From the IMG/VR virus record IMGVR_UViG_3300025099_000102, positions 1 to 28,531 of that record: 28,531 nucleotides of DNA; one strand, given 5' to 3'. The notes beneath the pieces are model-generated. The model was not told the origin of the DNA and searched no databases. It was given only the letters and a program-made list of their open reading frames with translations. How positions within the stretch are numbered: position 1 is the stretch's first letter; each line of letters starts with the position of its first letter. Positions 25,852 to 28,531 of this stretch are shown here, one piece after another. Made by a program: the position numbers and the translations under genes. The stretch is from a virus. Taxonomy: Duplodnaviria; Caudoviricetes.

Positions 25852-26207
25852 CGAAATGGCTTTTATTGATGAGTGCCGGAGTTTTGCTGAGTCCTGCAGT
25901 ACAAGCGCAGACTTACCCGAACTTCACGCAGGGCAGCATGACCTCGACAACGGTAACCGAAACCGAAATCACCGAAACTATTGCCATCGAACGGATGGGT
26001 GGGGACTACACAAGCTATTCAGGCTTCAACATCACTCCAAGTGGAGCAGTTGGCGCGGATGGAACCACGTATTCAGTAACGACGGCTGGAGAGGAGTTTC
26101 AATTCGAGATTGTGGAGAGAACAGCAGGGGTCATCGAAACAGAGGACATCAGCAGAGTAATCGAACAAACCTCTACCAAAAACTCGCTGTCGGTATTCTC
26201 CCAGTAA
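25848..26207 (+). CDS. Secreted Thr-rich cyanophage protein
   Basis: Signal peptide MTKWLLLMSAGVLLSPAVQA, PNFTQGSMTSTT, and C-terminal SLSVFSQ; ATGA overlap. Confidence 0.75.
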   Translation: MTKWLLLMSAGVLLSPAVQAQTYPNFTQGSMTSTTVTETEITETIAIERMGGDYTSYSGFNITPSGAVGADGTTYSVTTAGEEFQFEIVERTAGVIETEDISRVIEQTSTKNSLSVFSQ

Positions 26208-26695
26208 TATTTTTTTTACCGTCTAATTTAAAAGTTAACGCTCAAGAGTCTACTGCTACTGCTAACCCAATCGCTACAAGTAGCGGCTCAGTTAGCAACC
26301 AAGCCGTGCAGATCAATCAAGGTGGATATTCTGAACAAGGATTTGCTCAAGGTCATTATTGTAATTCAAGCACTTTAACTTTTACACCATTTTATCTTGG
26401 TAACGACGTACATCCAGAATACGTTCGTAATCAAAATTTTGGGATACAAATGACCTTTAGCTTCCCTTTAGATGGAGGAATGGTAGAGCTATGCAAATCA
26501 TTAGCTAAAAAACGTTTACAGAAAGAACGCCTCGATTATTCATTGATTCGAGCATTAAAATGTGCTGAATTATTAGAGAAAGGCTTTATGTTCAGGCCGG
26601 AGAGTCCTTATTCAGTCGTTTGTGACGACGTTGTACCAATCGCTCTCGAGCCCAAGTCAACTTTACAAACTTCTTCTTCTGCAGGCGAGCAATAA
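26174..26695 (+). CDS. Conserved cyanophage exported protein (start codon unresolved)
   Basis: A signal-like segment YQKLAVGILPVIFFLPSNLKVNA is followed by ATANPIATSSGSVSNQAVQ...CNSSTLTFTPF...RALKCAEL...CDDV. The frame is open from 25799; the start coordinate here is approximate. Confidence 0.65.
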   Translation, partial: YQKLAVGILPVIFFLPSNLKVNAQESTATANPIATSSGSVSNQAVQINQGGYSEQGFAQGHYCNSSTLTFTPFYLGNDVHPEYVRNQNFGIQMTFSFPLDGGMVELCKSLAKKRLQKERLDYSLIRALKCAELLEKGFMFRPESPYSVVCDDVVPIALEPKSTLQTSSSAGEQ

Positions 26696-27251
26696 TTTGC
26701 TTGATAATTGGTTTCATAATACCGGTTACTTTCTTTAATATTGATGTGCTTGCCAATGTTGCTGCGACTGAAACACCAGCTGTTGCACCGGCAGCTACTA
26801 AAATTTCTGGTGCTGGCATTGGTAATGCTATACCTAACACTTGCACTGTTACTACACCTTCTAATTCTGTTTTAGGTACTTCAGGAACAATAGGTTCCAC
26901 TGGCTCCTGTTCAAATGGCCATCCGTTTAGCGTATCTATCCTTGGGCTTTGTATTTGGTAGCGTCGTACCTCTTCTAGCAGTTTATCAATACTTTTATCC
27001 TCAGTTGCGTCTTCTTGCTGAGTCTCAGGTTCTTCTTGAGCAGGTTCAGTCTCTTCCTCTTCAGACTCCTGATCTGAAGGCCCTTCCCTTGCCCGAGGGA
27101 TCAAAAGTTGTTGAATCGATCCAGGTGATACCGTTTGGGGTTGGAAAATAGGTTCATACTCTAATTGATCTGCTGTTGGTAGTTCAACTGCAGGAATAGG
27201 TATGAATAGTTCAGCTGGAATATCAAAACTTGGTATAATCGGCGGTTCCAA
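26592..27251 (-). CDS. Pro/Glu-rich protein with C-terminal membrane segment and basic tail
   Basis: Pro-rich N-terminus, acidic linker, then ILVAAGATAGVSVAATLAS and KPIIKQIIARLQKKK; TTG start. Confidence 0.7.
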   Translation of the reverse strand: MEPPIIPSFDIPAELFIPIPAVELPTADQLEYEPIFQPQTVSPGSIQQLLIPRAREGPSDQESEEEETEPAQEEPETQQEDATEDKSIDKLLEEVRRYQIQSPRIDTLNGWPFEQEPVEPIVPEVPKTELEGVVTVQVLGIALPMPAPEILVAAGATAGVSVAATLASTSILKKVTGIMKPIIKQIIARLQKKKFVKLTWARERLVQRRHKRLNKDSPA

Positions 27252-27298
27252 TTGTTACCTACCGTTTGCTCTGTCGATATTCAATTTTTCCGATTAGT

Positions 27299-27478
27299 TC
27301 AAAGGTTGGTTTTAGCCCATTCCAATAGTTCGGTACGGGCTAAAAATCCATAAGGTCTGCTCTTGTCATCTTCTGTCAGATGAGGAGCGTACCTAAATGT
27401 TTTATTCTCAAACTTTTTCTCTAGGTAACCACCTTTGAGATGCAAGGCCCAGTAAACAGATCGTACAGTTCTAAACAT
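27299..27478 (-). CDS. Possible 59-aa ORF coinciding with three hairpins (not in ORF track)
   Basis: MFRTVRSVYWALHLKGGYLEKKFENKTFRYAPHLTEDDKSRPYGFLARTELLEWAKTNL; ATG lies 8 nt after the upstream stop. Confidence 0.45.
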   Translation of the reverse strand: MFRTVRSVYWALHLKGGYLEKKFENKTFRYAPHLTEDDKSRPYGFLARTELLEWAKTNL

Positions 27479-27486
27479 TTTAAAAA

Positions 27487-27690
27487 TTAAGATGATGCCT
27501 GGATGTCTAGTAGCTGGTCAAGAACAACAGCTAGCTCTGTCCTTGTTGCAGCACGTAGTAATTTTTTGATGTGGGTGATCTCTTTCCAATGAAGAGAAAC
27601 GTAGTTGTCTAGTTCTACACCACGGTTGACTTGTTCGATTAGTTTCCTGTTCTCAGGGGTAACAAGAACTTCAAATTGGTTTTGATACAT
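27487..27690 (-). CDS. Hypothetical protein
   Basis: MYQNQFEVLVTPENRKLIEQ...; ATG 27690 is preferred over GTG 27783. Confidence 0.55.
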   Translation of the reverse strand: MYQNQFEVLVTPENRKLIEQVNRGVELDNYVSLHWKEITHIKKLLRAATRTELAVVLDQLLDIQASS

Positions 27691-28163
27691 TTTTAAAATT
27701 GTTCCCGCTAACGATATCACCCCTGACTCTCGTCGGCAAGTCTTTATACCTAAGTATAAATACCTAGCTTTATGAGACCGCACAGTTCAGTTTCAATTGG
27801 TTTTTTCTTAATTTTTTTTATTCTTCTGCAGTGTGGGGTGATTATTAGTTGCTAGATGGCCGTGTATTGCGTCTGTAAGACGCTAGAAGGCCATCAAAGG
27901 GTTACTTAGGTACGTTTCCCCATAAATTGTATTTCAACCCTATTACAGAGCCTTACAGATATGAGTTGTCGTTTTATCTGGTTTTATTGCCATTTTTATC
28001 TCTACTGCTCCTTACTTACTTTCTCTATACATCCTTAGGTATTTATCTTATATCCTCTTCTTTCCCCTAAACCCCTTCCCCTTACTATTATCTTTATCTT
28101 ATTATCTGGTCTAATATACTGGGTTATATGTCATTAACTCTTTAATATTGAAACAGGTTAATG

Positions 28164-28435
28164 ATAACTAGTTATTAGAATTAACTAGTTAATGTATATT
28201 ATAATATATATTATATAATAAATATATATTATATATTATATATATAACTAGTTATTGATCATAGAATAAGTAAAGATAAAACTATAATACTCCTATAATA
28301 GTTCTTTCTTTTTGCTTCTTTTTCTTTCTTACTAAAAGGGTATCCTCAGGTAACCCCCTAAAGTTAAGATCCATTCCGGCGGCAGGGATTTGCTCCTTAA
28401 AATAGAAAACCAGGGGGGTATCCTCAGGACACCCC
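28164..28435. other. Candidate replication origin: AT-rich unwinding element with palindromes and two iteron copies
   Basis: A/T-only run at 28195-28247; TAACTAGTTA palindromes at about 28165, 28182 and 28245; GGGTATCCTCAGGTAACCCCCTAAAG (28338-28363) and GGGGGGTATCCTCAGGACACCCC (28413-28435); no ORF >=60 aa. Confidence 0.6.
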
Positions 28436-28531
28436 TTATGAAGAAATGTATCACCGCTATACCGTTTTCCGTCAATTATGGGATAATTATTAGATCTTTC
28501 TCTTTTCCCGTGTCAGTCACGTAACGTGACA

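Noticed and set aside
386-27151. Remaining short ORF-track entries nested in or antisense to long genes (e.g. 970..1290, 5770..6108, 13533..13811, 15590..15931, 26701..26961)
   Set aside because: They lie within well-supported CDSs and show no motifs; treated as shadow ORFs.

Overview
This window is a ~28.5 kb fragment of a tailed dsDNA bacteriophage, most likely a cyanophage infecting Synechococcus/Prochlorococcus-like hosts. The host call is inferred from the class II RNR, ThyX, cyanobacterial-type sigma factors, tRNA-Leu(UAA) and several small cyanophage-type proteins. In order, it holds: the end of a tail-fibre gene and its chaperone; a lysis module (putative holins, GH73 glucosaminidase, C39-like peptidase); a leftward initiator-DnaB operon; a divergent intergenic region with 22-bp repeats; and a long rightward block. 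That block carries a Sak3-like SSAP, sigma-70, SSB, RusA, RecE-like exonuclease, ThyX, TerS/TerL, a second sigma, DnaG, NrdJ, Dcd, portal, an HNH gene overlapping tRNA-Leu, small basic proteins and a four-gene membrane cluster. The window ends in an ORF-free AT-rich stretch. The main leads are: (1) the same GGTRTCCTCAGG motif at 6.5 kb and 28.3-28.4 kb, the latter beside a 53-nt A/T-only run, suggesting a split origin/operator system; (2) an uncalled 26-aa peptide resembling the Pol III tau C-terminal tail; (3) an uncalled CP12-like peptide before nrdJ; (4) a sigma lacking region 4.2 plus a candidate promoter motif; (5) an HNH gene whose stop codon lies inside a tRNA; (6) a tail-fibre recombination scar. 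All family assignments come from motif recognition by eye; no database search was run.
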